DNA from: a virus | Lineage: Duplodnaviria > Caudoviricetes | Length of the DNA: 64,000 nt | Direction: 5' to 3' (one strand) | IMG/VR virus record: IMGVR_UViG_3300049563_000052 | Span: 1 to 64,000 of that record | In this document: one piece after another, positions 1 to 8,880 of the stretch | Layout: each line of letters opens with the position of its first letter | Position numbering within the stretch: position 1 is the first letter of the stretch | Program-made: the position numbers and the translations under genes | Notes under the pieces: model-generated | What the model saw: only the letters and a program-made list of their open reading frames with translations | Databases searched by the model: none | Told to the model about the DNA's origin: nothing

Positions 1-77
1 GATGCCCGACCCGGCGCCGCCGCGCCGCTAGGGTCGGCCCCGTCCGGGGTGGACCAACACACCCCAGGGGGAACATC

Positions 78-356
78 ATGCGGATTCGGACTCTGGCCGC
101 GGCGGGCGCGATGGGCGGCCTGCTCATCGCCGGGATGGCCGGGCTGGCCGGCACCGCGAACGCGGCCACCGGCGGCGGCTGCCCGTCCGGCGGTGACTGG
201 ACGCTGGCCTCCACCGCGATCGTCATCGACGCGCTGGACAACGGCAACTTTGCCGACCAGAACGGGGACGGCCTGGCCTGCTTCAAGGTGAACAAGGGGC
301 AGACCGCCAAGCACGACGGCGTGGCGTCGTTCACCTGGAAGGACAACACGAACTGA
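78..356 (+). CDS. Small secreted protein with DxNxDGxxC Ca-binding-like loop
   Basis: Signal peptide ending ANA, two Cys, DQNGDGLAC; purine-rich RBS-like run upstream. Confidence 0.75.
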   Translation: MRIRTLAAAGAMGGLLIAGMAGLAGTANAATGGGCPSGGDWTLASTAIVIDALDNGNFADQNGDGLACFKVNKGQTAKHDGVASFTWKDNTN

Positions 357-526
357 TGAAGACCGTCCTCGCCGCCATCACCGCGGCACTGCTCGTCCTC
401 CTCGGCTCCGGGGTCGCCAACGCCGATCCCGACTTCGGGCCGGGCAACAGCCAGAAGGGTCCACACGACCCGGGCGCGCTGTGCCACCCGCCGGGGCAGA
501 CCGTCGACTTCCCCGCCTGCAAGTAG
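356..526 (+). CDS. 56-aa secreted peptide with two Cys (not in ORF track)
   Basis: TGATG coupling; MKTVLAAITAALLVLLGSGVANA-DPDFGPGNSQKGPHDPGALCHPPGQTVDFPACK. Confidence 0.7.
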   Translation: MKTVLAAITAALLVLLGSGVANADPDFGPGNSQKGPHDPGALCHPPGQTVDFPACK

Positions 527-530
527 GACC

Positions 531-547
531 GTCAACCCGGTCTTGAC
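531..547. repeat. GTCAA-N7-TTGAC motif, copy 1 (others at 10878, 17276, 36941)
   Basis: gtcaa cccggtc ttgac. Confidence 0.7.
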
Positions 548-550
548 ACG

Positions 551-582
551 GAACGGCCCCCCGCCGCGACGGGGGGCCGTTC
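551..582. terminator. Bidirectional hairpin terminator
   Basis: 13-bp stem gaacggccccccg/cggggggccgttc between convergent genes. Confidence 0.7.
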
Positions 583-598
583 TGCTGCACGGGCGCGC

Positions 599-1312
599 TC
601 AGCCGGGTGGGGCCGCCGCCAACCCGCCGACGGGGCGGGCGGGGCGAGGGTTCCGGGCCCGGCCCGCCAGCAGGGCCCAGATGATGACGATCTGCTGGCA
701 GGCGAGGAAGCACAGCAGCAGGTTGTTCAGCCACGTCCACGGCACCGGCAGGATCGCGAGCACCGTGAGCACCGCGGCGAACGCGATGGCGAACGTGACC
801 ACCTCACCGATCGGGGCGTGCCGCCGCAGCGCCTGGAGGATGAACGGCACCGACGCGATGGTGTCTACCAGGATGGCGGCGATCACCACGACCAGCCCGG
901 CCGCTTCCGGCTCAGCCGGGCCGATCCAGCCGAAGAACAGCGGCACATAGATCACGATCCCGATGCCGCACAGAATCAGCGACCAGCGGTCGATCGGCTC
1001 GATGATCAGCGGTTCGTGTCGGATCAACGCCCACACGGCGATGATCAGCGGCCCGGTGGACAGGGCGGCCTTGGCGATCCACGACTCCGGGGCGGCCCCG
1101 CCGAATGCCTGCCCGATGGTGGCCATCGAGCCGACGATGAACCACGTGCCCCACATGCCCGGTTTCGGGTGCGTGCGGCGCGGATCGGTGAACCGGTGCC
1201 GTAACGGCCACACGGTCGGGATGATGCACAACAAGAAGATCCAACTTGTCACCGTGGACACGACGATGACCGTGTGGGCAGACAGCGGGCCGAGCAGCGT
1301 GAGGGTTTTCAT
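599..1312 (-). CDS. Multi-pass membrane protein, PQ-loop/SWEET-like (paralogue of 1718-2680)
   Basis: About 7 hydrophobic segments; P..WGTW, ID.W.LI.C and D.IA.VP motifs shared with the paralogue; ATGA coupling. Confidence 0.65.
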   Translation of the reverse strand: MKTLTLLGPLSAHTVIVVSTVTSWIFLLCIIPTVWPLRHRFTDPRRTHPKPGMWGTWFIVGSMATIGQAFGGAAPESWIAKAALSTGPLIIAVWALIRHEPLIIEPIDRWSLILCGIGIVIYVPLFFGWIGPAEPEAAGLVVVIAAILVDTIASVPFILQALRRHAPIGEVVTFAIAFAAVLTVLAILPVPWTWLNNLLLCFLACQQIVIIWALLAGRARNPRPARPVGGLAAAPPG

Positions 1313-1647
1313 GGCCGGACCACGGGCCGCCGCGCGAGCACCGCGCCGCGCAGCACGTCGAACCCCTCTTGCAGGGTGTCGTATTCGACGTCGACCTCCC
1401 ACGAGATCGTGTCGCGCAGCGGGTAGTCCTTCCACAGCGTCTCGAACCAATCCCGGGCGGCGTTGATCCCCATGTCGTCCGGGATGGGAACGATCACGTT
1501 CCCGCCGGTCTGCACGTACGGGCGCACCCGCGTGAACACTCCGGTGCGTTCCCGTTCCTCCAACCACGCCTGCGCGGCGTCGATCTGCTCAAGGGTCACT
1601 CTGAACGGTTCGTCGGGGTGCGGTCGGACCGTGACGTGCAGGTGCAT
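1309..1647 (-). CDS. Small alpha/beta protein, muconolactone-isomerase/DUF3303-like pattern
   Basis: W..G..Y..GG..I..L...YPL..WEV pattern; own RBS and palindrome-linked promoter. Confidence 0.45.
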   Translation of the reverse strand: MHLHVTVRPHPDEPFRVTLEQIDAAQAWLEERERTGVFTRVRPYVQTGGNVIVPIPDDMGINAARDWFETLWKDYPLRDTISWEVDVEYDTLQEGFDVLRGAVLARRPVVRP

Positions 1648-1699
1648 CGGGAAACTCCCTGGTGGTGGGGGCACTTCGGGACCCGAGCAACGTAGCAGG

Positions 1700-1718
1700 T
1701 AGCGCGCCGGGCGCACAT
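1700..1718. promoter_or_regulatory. 19-bp palindrome, variant copy
   Basis: tagcgcgcc g ggcgcacat upstream of the 1647 start. Confidence 0.65.
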
Positions 1719-2680
1719 CACCGGCGGGGGGCGACCGCCGGGTGGGCCCCGTTGGCTGCCGCCTGCTGCGGGGACAGCGGTGGCGGCGGGATCAGGTTGA
1801 CCCGCTCGCGGTCGAGCCAGCCTTTCCAGTGCCCGGCCGCGTAGGTCTCCTCCATCAGCCGCACCAGCCGGGTCGGGGACGCGTCCCAGTCGGCGATGTC
1901 CGGCGGCACCAACTCGGCCAGCTCCGCGGCGTGCGGGCTGCGCCACCACGGCGGCCTGCGCCGTTCGGTCGTGAACTCCGTCCACAACTCCGGGGCCGGG
2001 CGCAGCGGCCGATCCGGGCGCAGCCGCAACGGGTCGTCGTCGACCACCGCGGCGACGTCCGCGAGCGGGCGCCGCACCCAGATCGTCACCGACATGACCA
2101 CGCCCAGCGCGAGCAGGTACGCCGGATAGAGGATCTGCCACACATCCATCGGGGCGGCCAGGATCGTGCACAGCGCCGACACGCCCACCGTGACGAACGG
2201 CCGCACCGACATCGGCCGCTGCGGGGACGGCCACAGCGCCATCGTCACCGCCGGGATGGCCGCGATCCCGTCCGTGATCACGGTCAGCACCAGCGCCGGT
2301 TTCCCGTCCACGGCCAGCAGCAGCGCCAGCGACGCCAGCGTGCCGATGCCGCACGCGATGTCCACCCGCCGCTGCCACGGCACCCCCGGTTCGGCGTCTC
2401 GGTAGCGCAGCAGCGCCCCGCCCGCGTACGCCGCCGCCACCACCGTGATCACCACCAGCAGCATGGCCGCCGCGGTCCACCCGCCCAGCTGCACCTGCGA
2501 CACCAGCGCGATCACCCCGAGCACCGTCCACATGCACCACGTCACCGGGGAGGCGCCCTCCCGGCCGCGCCACGTGTTCACGATGGGGTCGATGTTGCCG
2601 ACGGCCATCACCGTCGCCCCGATCCACGGCAGCCCGACCAGCAGCCAGCCCAGGCCGAGCGCCTCCAGCCACGGCCCCAT
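1718..2680 (-). CDS. Multi-pass membrane protein, PQ-loop/SWEET-like, with soluble C-terminal tail
   Basis: SPVTWCMW, VDIACG, TDGIAAIP, LYPAYL; TGATG coupling to the upstream gene. Confidence 0.65.
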   Translation of the reverse strand: MGPWLEALGLGWLLVGLPWIGATVMAVGNIDPIVNTWRGREGASPVTWCMWTVLGVIALVSQVQLGGWTAAAMLLVVITVVAAAYAGGALLRYRDAEPGVPWQRRVDIACGIGTLASLALLLAVDGKPALVLTVITDGIAAIPAVTMALWPSPQRPMSVRPFVTVGVSALCTILAAPMDVWQILYPAYLLALGVVMSVTIWVRRPLADVAAVVDDDPLRLRPDRPLRPAPELWTEFTTERRRPPWWRSPHAAELAELVPPDIADWDASPTRLVRLMEETYAAGHWKGWLDRERVNLIPPPPLSPQQAAANGAHPAVAPRR

Positions 2681-3567
2681 CAGGCGTGCACCGCCGCGAT
2701 CGGGGTGTCCGGGTGGTTGACGTTGTGGGTGTGGATGAGCCGCCGATGCAGCCGGTGCGCCATCCGCAGCCGCGGACTCTCCGCCGGGGTGTCCAGCAGC
2801 CGCTCGATCGCCGCCGCGCGCAGCAGCAGCAGATCGTCGTACGGGTCCCGCTCGGCGGGCGGGGTGGCGGCGGCGGCCAGGATCCCGTCCCGCAGCCACA
2901 GCGCGTGCCGGTCCGGGCGTGGCTCCCCGCCGACCCGGCTGCGCGGGCGGCCGTGGACCTGCCAGTGCAGCGCCGCCGCCAACGCCTCCGGCAGGCTGTA
3001 CCACGCCAGCGCCTCCGCCGGGGCAGTGACCAGCTGCGGCGCAGTACGGAACGCCGCCCACGCGGCCCGGATCGCGGCCATCTCCTCCCACGTCGACGAA
3101 CTGGTCATCCCGATCGGCACCCCGCACGCCTCCATCCGCTCGTCCAACACGGCGTCGCCGGGCAGCGGGAACCGCAGGTAGCGCCACCGCCAGGCGTCGC
3201 AGAACGCCAACCACCAGAACCGGTACACCCCGGCCACCTGCCCGGGGGTGCGCTCGGGGGCGCCGGTGTGCCCGCCGGGCAGCGGCCACCCGGCCACTGT
3301 GTGCACCATCCGCGGCGACAGCACCAGCTCCCAGTCGATGCGCAGCCGCCCGGCGCGGGCCCGGTCCTGCAACAACGCCACCAACGCGATCATGTCGCAC
3401 AGCTGGGCGTACTGGCGGCCCGCCGACGCCACGAACGTCTGCGCGTACAGCCGCAGCATGAGCATGCCGAACCGGCTGCGCCGCACCACCGGGTCGGTGG
3501 TGGCGTCGAGCACCTTCGCCAACGGGTAGCCGACCGGGGCCGTCGCCGGGGCGGTCGGCGCGGTCAT
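2680..3567 (-). CDS. Hypothetical helical protein with His-rich C-terminus
   Basis: Coupled at both ends; HRLHRRLIHTHNVNH. Confidence 0.7.
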   Translation of the reverse strand: MTAPTAPATAPVGYPLAKVLDATTDPVVRRSRFGMLMLRLYAQTFVASAGRQYAQLCDMIALVALLQDRARAGRLRIDWELVLSPRMVHTVAGWPLPGGHTGAPERTPGQVAGVYRFWWLAFCDAWRWRYLRFPLPGDAVLDERMEACGVPIGMTSSSTWEEMAAIRAAWAAFRTAPQLVTAPAEALAWYSLPEALAAALHWQVHGRPRSRVGGEPRPDRHALWLRDGILAAAATPPAERDPYDDLLLLRAAAIERLLDTPAESPRLRMAHRLHRRLIHTHNVNHPDTPIAAVHA

Positions 3568-4700
3568 GCCTGAACCGCCCCGTATTGCGTATACGGCCGG
3601 TACAGCTCGACGCGGGCCGCGCGCCGCCGCCGTAGCCAGACCACCGCGTTCTCCTCCGGCCGGGTCTGCACCAGCGACCGCAGGTCATGGATGGCGTGTT
3701 CGCCCATCACGGTGTGCTGCTCGATGTCGGCCAGGTCGGCCTCGAACAGCCGATCCCGGGCGTCGGCCAGGCCGGGGTGCCGCAGCGCCAGCTCGGCGTA
3801 CGGCAGCCCGCCCAGGTACCGGCCCAACAGTTCCCGGATGCGCTGGTGATGCTGCTTGTGCTCCAGGAACGCGCCGCCGGTGAGCCCCTTCGGCAGATAC
3901 GGGGGCGCCATCGTCGGGCGGACCACCTCGAGGTACAGCCGACCGGGGAGCACCGCCGACCACAGCATCGCCGCGGTGAACCCGCGCACCTGGAGCGCCG
4001 CGGTGCGCAGGTGCGCGGCGGCGCGGTCTTCGAACCCGACCTCGCGGAGACAGTTCGCGGCGGCCTCGACCGACCCGGCGGCCATCATGTTGAGGCACAG
4101 GTAGGCGTGGTGGGCGACCACCCAGCGCTGCTCCGGGCCGCCGTCGGGGAGGTAGTCGAGCAGCGGTTGCGGATCAACCGGCTCCGGTGCGACGGCGGGC
4201 GGGCGCGGCGGCAGCGGGGTGTCGGCCAGTCCGGCGATGATCGTGCGCAGCCCGGCGAGCAGGGCCACGATCTGGTTGCCGTCGACGGCGGCGTATTCGA
4301 GCTCGGCGAGCGACCAGCGGGCGATGAGCACCGCGTACAGCGCCATCGACGTCGACCCCATCGTGTCCGAGTGCCGCACCCCGAAGTAGCTGTAGATCAG
4401 CTTCGAGGGCGGCATGGTGTCGGTCGGCAGGGCTCCGTCGGCGAGGGCTTCGGCGAGCCTGCCGAGCGCGGTCACCCCGTCGGGGAGCCGGGAGCGCAGC
4501 GCCCGGGTGTCGGACTCCCCGGCGGCGTCGATGAGCCGATCCAGGGCGGCGAGCGCGGCAGCGGCGGGTTTCACCGCGGCCTCGGGGCGGCGCCACGGCA
4601 GCACCCGGTACCGGGTGTCGGGGAGCACCACGAGCGGCACCCCGGGCGCGTACCGGTGCGGGTCGTCGAGCGCGGACGTGGGCAGCAGGGCGGTGGTCAT
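3564..4700 (-). CDS. Heme-dependent aromatic oxygenase-like protein (SfmD / LmbB2 tyrosine hydroxylase, TDO superfamily)
   Basis: YSYFGVR, RWVVAHH, LYLEVVRPTMAPP..GLTG..LEH, IEQH..RSL recall the SfmD/LmbB2 motif order; RBS GGAAAGGA. Confidence 0.6.
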   Translation of the reverse strand: MTTALLPTSALDDPHRYAPGVPLVVLPDTRYRVLPWRRPEAAVKPAAAALAALDRLIDAAGESDTRALRSRLPDGVTALGRLAEALADGALPTDTMPPSKLIYSYFGVRHSDTMGSTSMALYAVLIARWSLAELEYAAVDGNQIVALLAGLRTIIAGLADTPLPPRPPAVAPEPVDPQPLLDYLPDGGPEQRWVVAHHAYLCLNMMAAGSVEAAANCLREVGFEDRAAAHLRTAALQVRGFTAAMLWSAVLPGRLYLEVVRPTMAPPYLPKGLTGGAFLEHKQHHQRIRELLGRYLGGLPYAELALRHPGLADARDRLFEADLADIEQHTVMGEHAIHDLRSLVQTRPEENAVVWLRRRRAARVELYRPYTQYGAVQA

Positions 4701-4749
4701 CGTGGTGGGGTCCTTTCCGAGACGGGGCGGGGCGGATGATCGGCGGGCG

Positions 4750-4995
4750 TCACCCGACACCGACCCGGCTGGTAGTGACCACGGCCCCGGGCGCCAGGTG
4801 GTACAGCGCCACACAGGCGACGGCGGTCATGTTGGCCCGGGACCCGTTCGGGCCGATCACCACGACCCGCAGCGGGTCGTCGGGGTCGGCGTCGATCCGC
4901 ACGGCGATCCCGGTCGGATACACCGGCACCCGCCGCCCCTTCATGATTCGTTCGCCGGTCGGGATGTCGGGCCGGTTGTCGTAGACGCCGCTCAT
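4750..4995 (-). CDS. Hypothetical protein
   Basis: AGGAGG RBS; heads the oxygenase operon. Confidence 0.6.
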   Translation of the reverse strand: MSGVYDNRPDIPTGERIMKGRRVPVYPTGIAVRIDADPDDPLRVVVIGPNGSRANMTAVACVALYHLAPGAVVTTSRVGVG

Positions 4996-5051
4996 CGGCG
5001 CCTCCTCACCGTTTCGGGGACAGCGGGGACCGTGAGCGGGGTGTGGGGCAT
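4992..5051 (-). CDS. Putative 19-aa leader peptide MPHTPLTVPAVPETVRRRR
   Basis: ATGA coupling to 4995; CCCCACCAC motif upstream. Confidence 0.35.
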   Translation of the reverse strand: MPHTPLTVPAVPETVRRRR

Positions 5052-5204
5052 GGCATCGCTTCCGTGTGGTGGGGTCGTGCTTCGGGTGGGGTTGATGCGC
5101 GCCTGGAGCACGCTAGCCGATGTCGCCGAGGCGTGTCTCGAATGGGGTTACCGCCCGGTCGGGTCCGGCCCCACGGCGCGCCCGGCGCGCCTGCGCTACG
5201 GTGG

Positions 5205-5490
5205 GCAGGCGGAACCTTCTCCCGCCTGGTGCTCCGTCGCGTCGGACACATCCAGAGCCGAGGGGTCCGCCCAGGGGACCGCCTCCCGCCTGCATGCCGG
5301 CGAAGCACAGCAGGCGCCGAGGCGGTCCCCGCCTCACGGATAGGGGTGCGGGCCGCTCGCCAACTCGCCCAGCCCGGCCACCCACTCCCGGTGCCGGCGT
5401 TCCTCCCGCCGCCACCACACCGACCACGCCACCACGGCGGCCACCGAGACCGCGGCACCGCCTATGGCGGCCCATCCCAGCCATCGCACG
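5205..5490 (+). ncRNA. Candidate structured ncRNA
   Basis: Palindrome core at 5175-5191 followed by TACGGT; hairpins at 5206-5228 and 5274-5330; no credible ORF. Confidence 0.35.
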
Positions 5491-5496
5491 GCCGGG

Positions 5497-5709
5497 TCAC
5501 TTCTTCTTGCGCTTGAGGACCCGGTTGGCCTTGGCGTGGATCCGGTCCCGCGTCGCCTTACTGATCTTGCCGCGTTTCATCTGCTGGGTCGCGCGGGCCT
5601 TCGCGTTCGCCGCGTGCGCCCGGTCGTGCATCGGGTACTTGCGTTTGCCCGGCTGCCCGAACTGGGACTTCCGCAGCTTCTTCTTCCGGGCTGCGCGCAG
5701 CTTCGCCAT
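5497..5709 (-). CDS. Small very basic protein (DUF6582-like)
   Basis: L.KSQFG.P..RKYPMHDRAHA.NA.AR. Confidence 0.65.
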   Translation of the reverse strand: MAKLRAARKKKLRKSQFGQPGKRKYPMHDRAHAANAKARATQQMKRGKISKATRDRIHAKANRVLKRKKK

Positions 5710-5721
5710 GCCTGCTCCCCC

Positions 5722-6330
5722 TCACCCGCGGTGCGCCACGTCGACCACCAACATGCCGATGTGCCGATGCCCCGGGCCGGGCGGCAACACGAACACCCGG
5801 AACGGGCGCGGCTCCGCGACCCCCAGCCCGATCGACGTCACCGACTCGAACGAGCCCGCAAAGATCACCGACCGGAACTCCACCCACGATGTCAGCTTCC
5901 GCGTGGGGATCAGCTGGTCCCCGGCCTGCGGGCCCCCGGCCCGGTGCGACGCCGGGTTGCCCACCACGACCAGCAGCCGGGCCTGACCCGGCACGGTGAG
6001 CACGTCACCCTTCGGGTCGCTGGTGACCTCGTTGACGTAGCGGACGTTGAAGCCGCCCACCGGCCCCACCGTGTCGATCACCAGCCGGTCATAGCAGGGG
6101 TCGTGACGGCCCACCCGAATCTGATCGATGACGGACTGCGACAGCGCCATGCCGCCGCCCGCGGTGGGCGGGGACGTCTTGGCGGCCGAGGTGAACCCGG
6201 GCGGGCAGTTCGCCACCGCGGCCGGGCCGACCGGGCCGGGCATCCCATCGCCGCGGGCGATGTTTGCCGTAGCGAAGATGATGAACACCACCGCGGCGAG
6301 GATCGCCACCAGTGTGCGCGGAAACGTCAT
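5722..6330 (-). CDS. Secreted actinobacterial AMIN-like domain protein
   Basis: Signal peptide; IRVGRHDPCYDRLVID, GSFES, RPFRVF, LVVDVAH. Confidence 0.7.
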   Translation of the reverse strand: MTFPRTLVAILAAVVFIIFATANIARGDGMPGPVGPAAVANCPPGFTSAAKTSPPTAGGGMALSQSVIDQIRVGRHDPCYDRLVIDTVGPVGGFNVRYVNEVTSDPKGDVLTVPGQARLLVVVGNPASHRAGGPQAGDQLIPTRKLTSWVEFRSVIFAGSFESVTSIGLGVAEPRPFRVFVLPPGPGHRHIGMLVVDVAHRG

Positions 6331-6401
6331 CGCCCTGCCCCCCGGAGTCGCTGCGTGCGGGCGCGGCGTGGGGCGGGCCCGGTCTGCGCCCGCAGCGTAA
6401 A

Positions 6402-6430
6402 CGACCCCCGCGGTGAAACCGCGGGGGTCG
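6402..6430 (-). terminator. Hairpin terminator
   Basis: cgacccccgcggt-gaa-accgcgggggtcg downstream of the 6467 stop. Confidence 0.55.
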
Positions 6431-6466
6431 CTCCACTCGGAGGGGGTGTGTCCAGGTTAGAGGTGC

Positions 6467-6748
6467 TTACGCCGTGCGCCGGGCCGGGTCGCCGGACAGC
6501 GGCACCAGCTGCTCCCCGTCCGGGTGCAGCAGCCACCACCGGTCCCCGCCCGCGTTGCGCTCGACGATGCGCACCTCGCAGCCGTAGCGGCGGAACAGCC
6601 GCGCGAAGTGCCGGGCGGCCCGCTCGTCGCGGTGCCAGTCCCAGCCCGGGAACGGGTGCTTGGGGTGCTTGTACCGGATCGCCCACCCGGGCTGACCGGT
6701 GCTGGTGTCGGTGCCGCGCTTCGGGCGGCGGGCGGTCGCGGCGCTCAT
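6467..6748 (-). CDS. Hypothetical protein
   Basis: ATGA coupling; codon pattern. Confidence 0.6.
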   Translation of the reverse strand: MSAATARRPKRGTDTSTGQPGWAIRYKHPKHPFPGWDWHRDERAARHFARLFRRYGCEVRIVERNAGGDRWWLLHPDGEQLVPLSGDPARRTA

Positions 6749-7092
6749 GACTCGCCGACCTTCGGGCTCGGCCCGGCGGCCAACACGGCATCGATCCACG
6801 CCTGCGCGACCTCACGCATGTCCACCACCTCGTACCGGGTGGAGCCGTCGGTGAGCTGCACCGTCAGGGCCAGCCACCCGTTGCCGACCCCGGCCCCGCA
6901 GGTCAGGTCGAACGAATCCAACTCGCTGTCCGGGTCGGTGCTCTCCCCGGCCAGCCAGCCGACGCGGAACCCGCACGGCAGTGTGGACTCGACGCGCCGC
7001 ACCGGCAGCCCCAACGGGTACCGCGGCATGATCGGGTCCAGCGTGATGCGGCGCCCGTCGGTGTGGGCCTCGGTGGTGATCTCGCCTTCCAT
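6745..7092 (-). CDS. Hypothetical protein
   Basis: AAGGAG RBS. Confidence 0.65.
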   Translation of the reverse strand: MEGEITTEAHTDGRRITLDPIMPRYPLGLPVRRVESTLPCGFRVGWLAGESTDPDSELDSFDLTCGAGVGNGWLALTVQLTDGSTRYEVVDMREVAQAWIDAVLAAGPSPKVGES

Positions 7093-7224
7093 GATCTTCT
7101 CTCCTTGTTGTTGCGGGTGGTGGTACCGGGCCCGTCTCGCGGGGAAGTCCGAGACGGACCCGGCGGCTTGTGGGGCCCGCCCCGCACGGGAAACGGGGCG
7201 GGCCCCTGCTGGGGAGTGGTGGGG

Positions 7225-7410
7225 TCAGCCGTGCAGCGAGCGCTTGTGGCCGCAGCCGCGGCAGGTGGGCGTGAACGCCTGCACCAGCGCCGGGATGCCG
7301 AAGCTGAGGAGGTTCATCCAGAGCTTGCCCTGGCGGCGGCCGAACTCGGCGGCGGAGCTGTTGGTGCAACGCTTGCAGCCGGGGCAGCCGGTCTGAACGC
7401 GGATGGTCAT
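7225..7410 (-). CDS. Small Zn-ribbon-like protein
   Basis: CPGCKRC..CRGCGH; CCCACCACGAA motif and GAAGGA upstream. Confidence 0.55.
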   Translation of the reverse strand: MTIRVQTGCPGCKRCTNSSAAEFGRRQGKLWMNLLSFGIPALVQAFTPTCRGCGHKRSLHG

Positions 7411-7464
7411 GATCATGGTCCTTCGGGTTTCGTGGTGGGAGAGGAGAGGCGGGGGAGGATAGGA

Positions 7465-7501
7465 ACCGGGCCGCCCCACCCCCCTTGCGGGGCGGCCCGG
7501 T
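7465..7501 (-). terminator. Hairpin terminator
   Basis: accgggccgcccc/ggggcggcccggt just after the 7508 stop. Confidence 0.6.
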
Positions 7502-7507
7502 GGTCTG

Positions 7508-8743
7508 TCAGATGTTGGCGACGTCCAGCACTCGCAGCGCGGACATGTCCAGCTCGAACCCCCGGTCAGCCGACGGGACGGTCTGGCTGAACGCGGTGAC
7601 CGCGTTGACCACGCCGCCGCGGGTGGCCTGCCCGCCGCGCAGGAACATGTCCAAGATCCCGTCCTGCTCGCGGTCGGACCAGGACAGCTGCTTGCCGACG
7701 ACCTGCACGACCTCCTGCGCGGGCCGGTTCAGCTCCGCGGTGGCCTTGCCCTCGATGTCCGCGACGGACTTGGTCAGGTAGTCCTCGGACAGGAACGCCT
7801 TGACCGCGTCCTTGGTCCGGGACATGACCAGGTCCAGCGCCTTCTGCTGGGTTTCGGCGGACCAGGTGATCTGGCCCTCGTCGAGCTTGCCGCCCAGGTG
7901 CACCGCGCGGAACTTGCCCTCGTCGCGGGTCATGCCGTTGGTGCAGGCGAGCACCACGATCTCCGGGTAGATGGTGAACGAGCCCCAGCCGACCTCGGAG
8001 TTGGTGATGCGCAGCCCGGCGGACACGATGTCCCCGACCTGCGGCGGGCGGGCGCCGGGGGCGTCGTTGGGGTCGCCGCCGCGGGCGCTGTTGAGCCGGG
8101 CGTTGGTGAACGGGTTGCGGTAGCCGTCGAGCAGCCGCGGCGCGGCGGCGGTGATGGCCGGGCAGTCCAGCCGCACGTGCATCCGGGCCTCGGTCAGGTC
8201 CGCGGCGCGCACCCGCGCCTGGATCCCGGAGTCGTTGATGCCCTTGAGGACCTGCATGAGCACGTCGTAGTTGTCGATGGCCTTGTAGCTGTCGGACAGG
8301 AACGCCCGCCCGATGCCCTCGCCGCCTGCCTCGTCGCGGAAGGTGCGGAACAGGAACTTGCGCGGGTCGCCGGGGATGACGCGCTCGGGGTCGCCGAAGC
8401 CGTCGTAGCCGTGCAGCCACCCGTTGACGGTCTGGTCGTACATGTCGATGCGCTGGGCGCGCAGGCGGCGCATGTAGGCGCGGGGCACGTCGAGCCGGCC
8501 CGCGATCTGGTCGTCCATGACCTGCGTCGGGCGGTAGCGGCCGATGCGGCTGGTGACGCCGGAGTCGGTCATGTCCTGCTCGGCGTCGTCGACGTGCAGC
8601 ACGCCGTCCACCGAGTGGATCCGGCGGGCGGGGGCGACGAAGTCATGCACGGCCGCCCGCTGCTCGCGGAGCAGGGTCACGAGGTCTTCGAGGCTGGCGT
8701 TGCGTGCGTAGTCGGAGCTGGCGGCGGCGGTGGGGGTTGACAT
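7508..8743 (-). CDS. DUF932/DUF945-family phage/plasmid protein
   Basis: RAFLSDSYKAIDN, GLRITNSEVG, LACTNGM; GGAGG RBS. Confidence 0.75.
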   Translation of the reverse strand: MSTPTAAASSDYARNASLEDLVTLLREQRAAVHDFVAPARRIHSVDGVLHVDDAEQDMTDSGVTSRIGRYRPTQVMDDQIAGRLDVPRAYMRRLRAQRIDMYDQTVNGWLHGYDGFGDPERVIPGDPRKFLFRTFRDEAGGEGIGRAFLSDSYKAIDNYDVLMQVLKGINDSGIQARVRAADLTEARMHVRLDCPAITAAAPRLLDGYRNPFTNARLNSARGGDPNDAPGARPPQVGDIVSAGLRITNSEVGWGSFTIYPEIVVLACTNGMTRDEGKFRAVHLGGKLDEGQITWSAETQQKALDLVMSRTKDAVKAFLSEDYLTKSVADIEGKATAELNRPAQEVVQVVGKQLSWSDREQDGILDMFLRGGQATRGGVVNAVTAFSQTVPSADRGFELDMSALRVLDVANI

Positions 8744-8798
8744 CTGCGGGGTTCCTCCCGTGGGGGCCGGGCCCTGCGCCCGACCGAACAACCACAGT

Positions 8799-8817
8799 AT
8801 GCGCGCCGGGCGCGCAT
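8799..8817. promoter_or_regulatory. Perfect 19-bp palindrome merged with a leftward CATACT -10-like box
   Basis: atgcgcgcc g ggcgcgcat. Confidence 0.8.
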
Positions 8818-8880
8818 CCCGCTACCTGTTCCGCCAAGATTCTTTGAGAAATTTTCCGCCGCCGCCTGCGAAGACGTCTG

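Noticed and set aside
4992-5051. RiPP precursor for the heme enzyme
   Set aside because: No Tyr or Trp in the peptide and no recognisable RiPP maturase; kept only as a possible leader peptide
7128-7207. Twin hairpins as an ncRNA
   Set aside because: Adequately explained as terminator or processing stems between co-oriented genes
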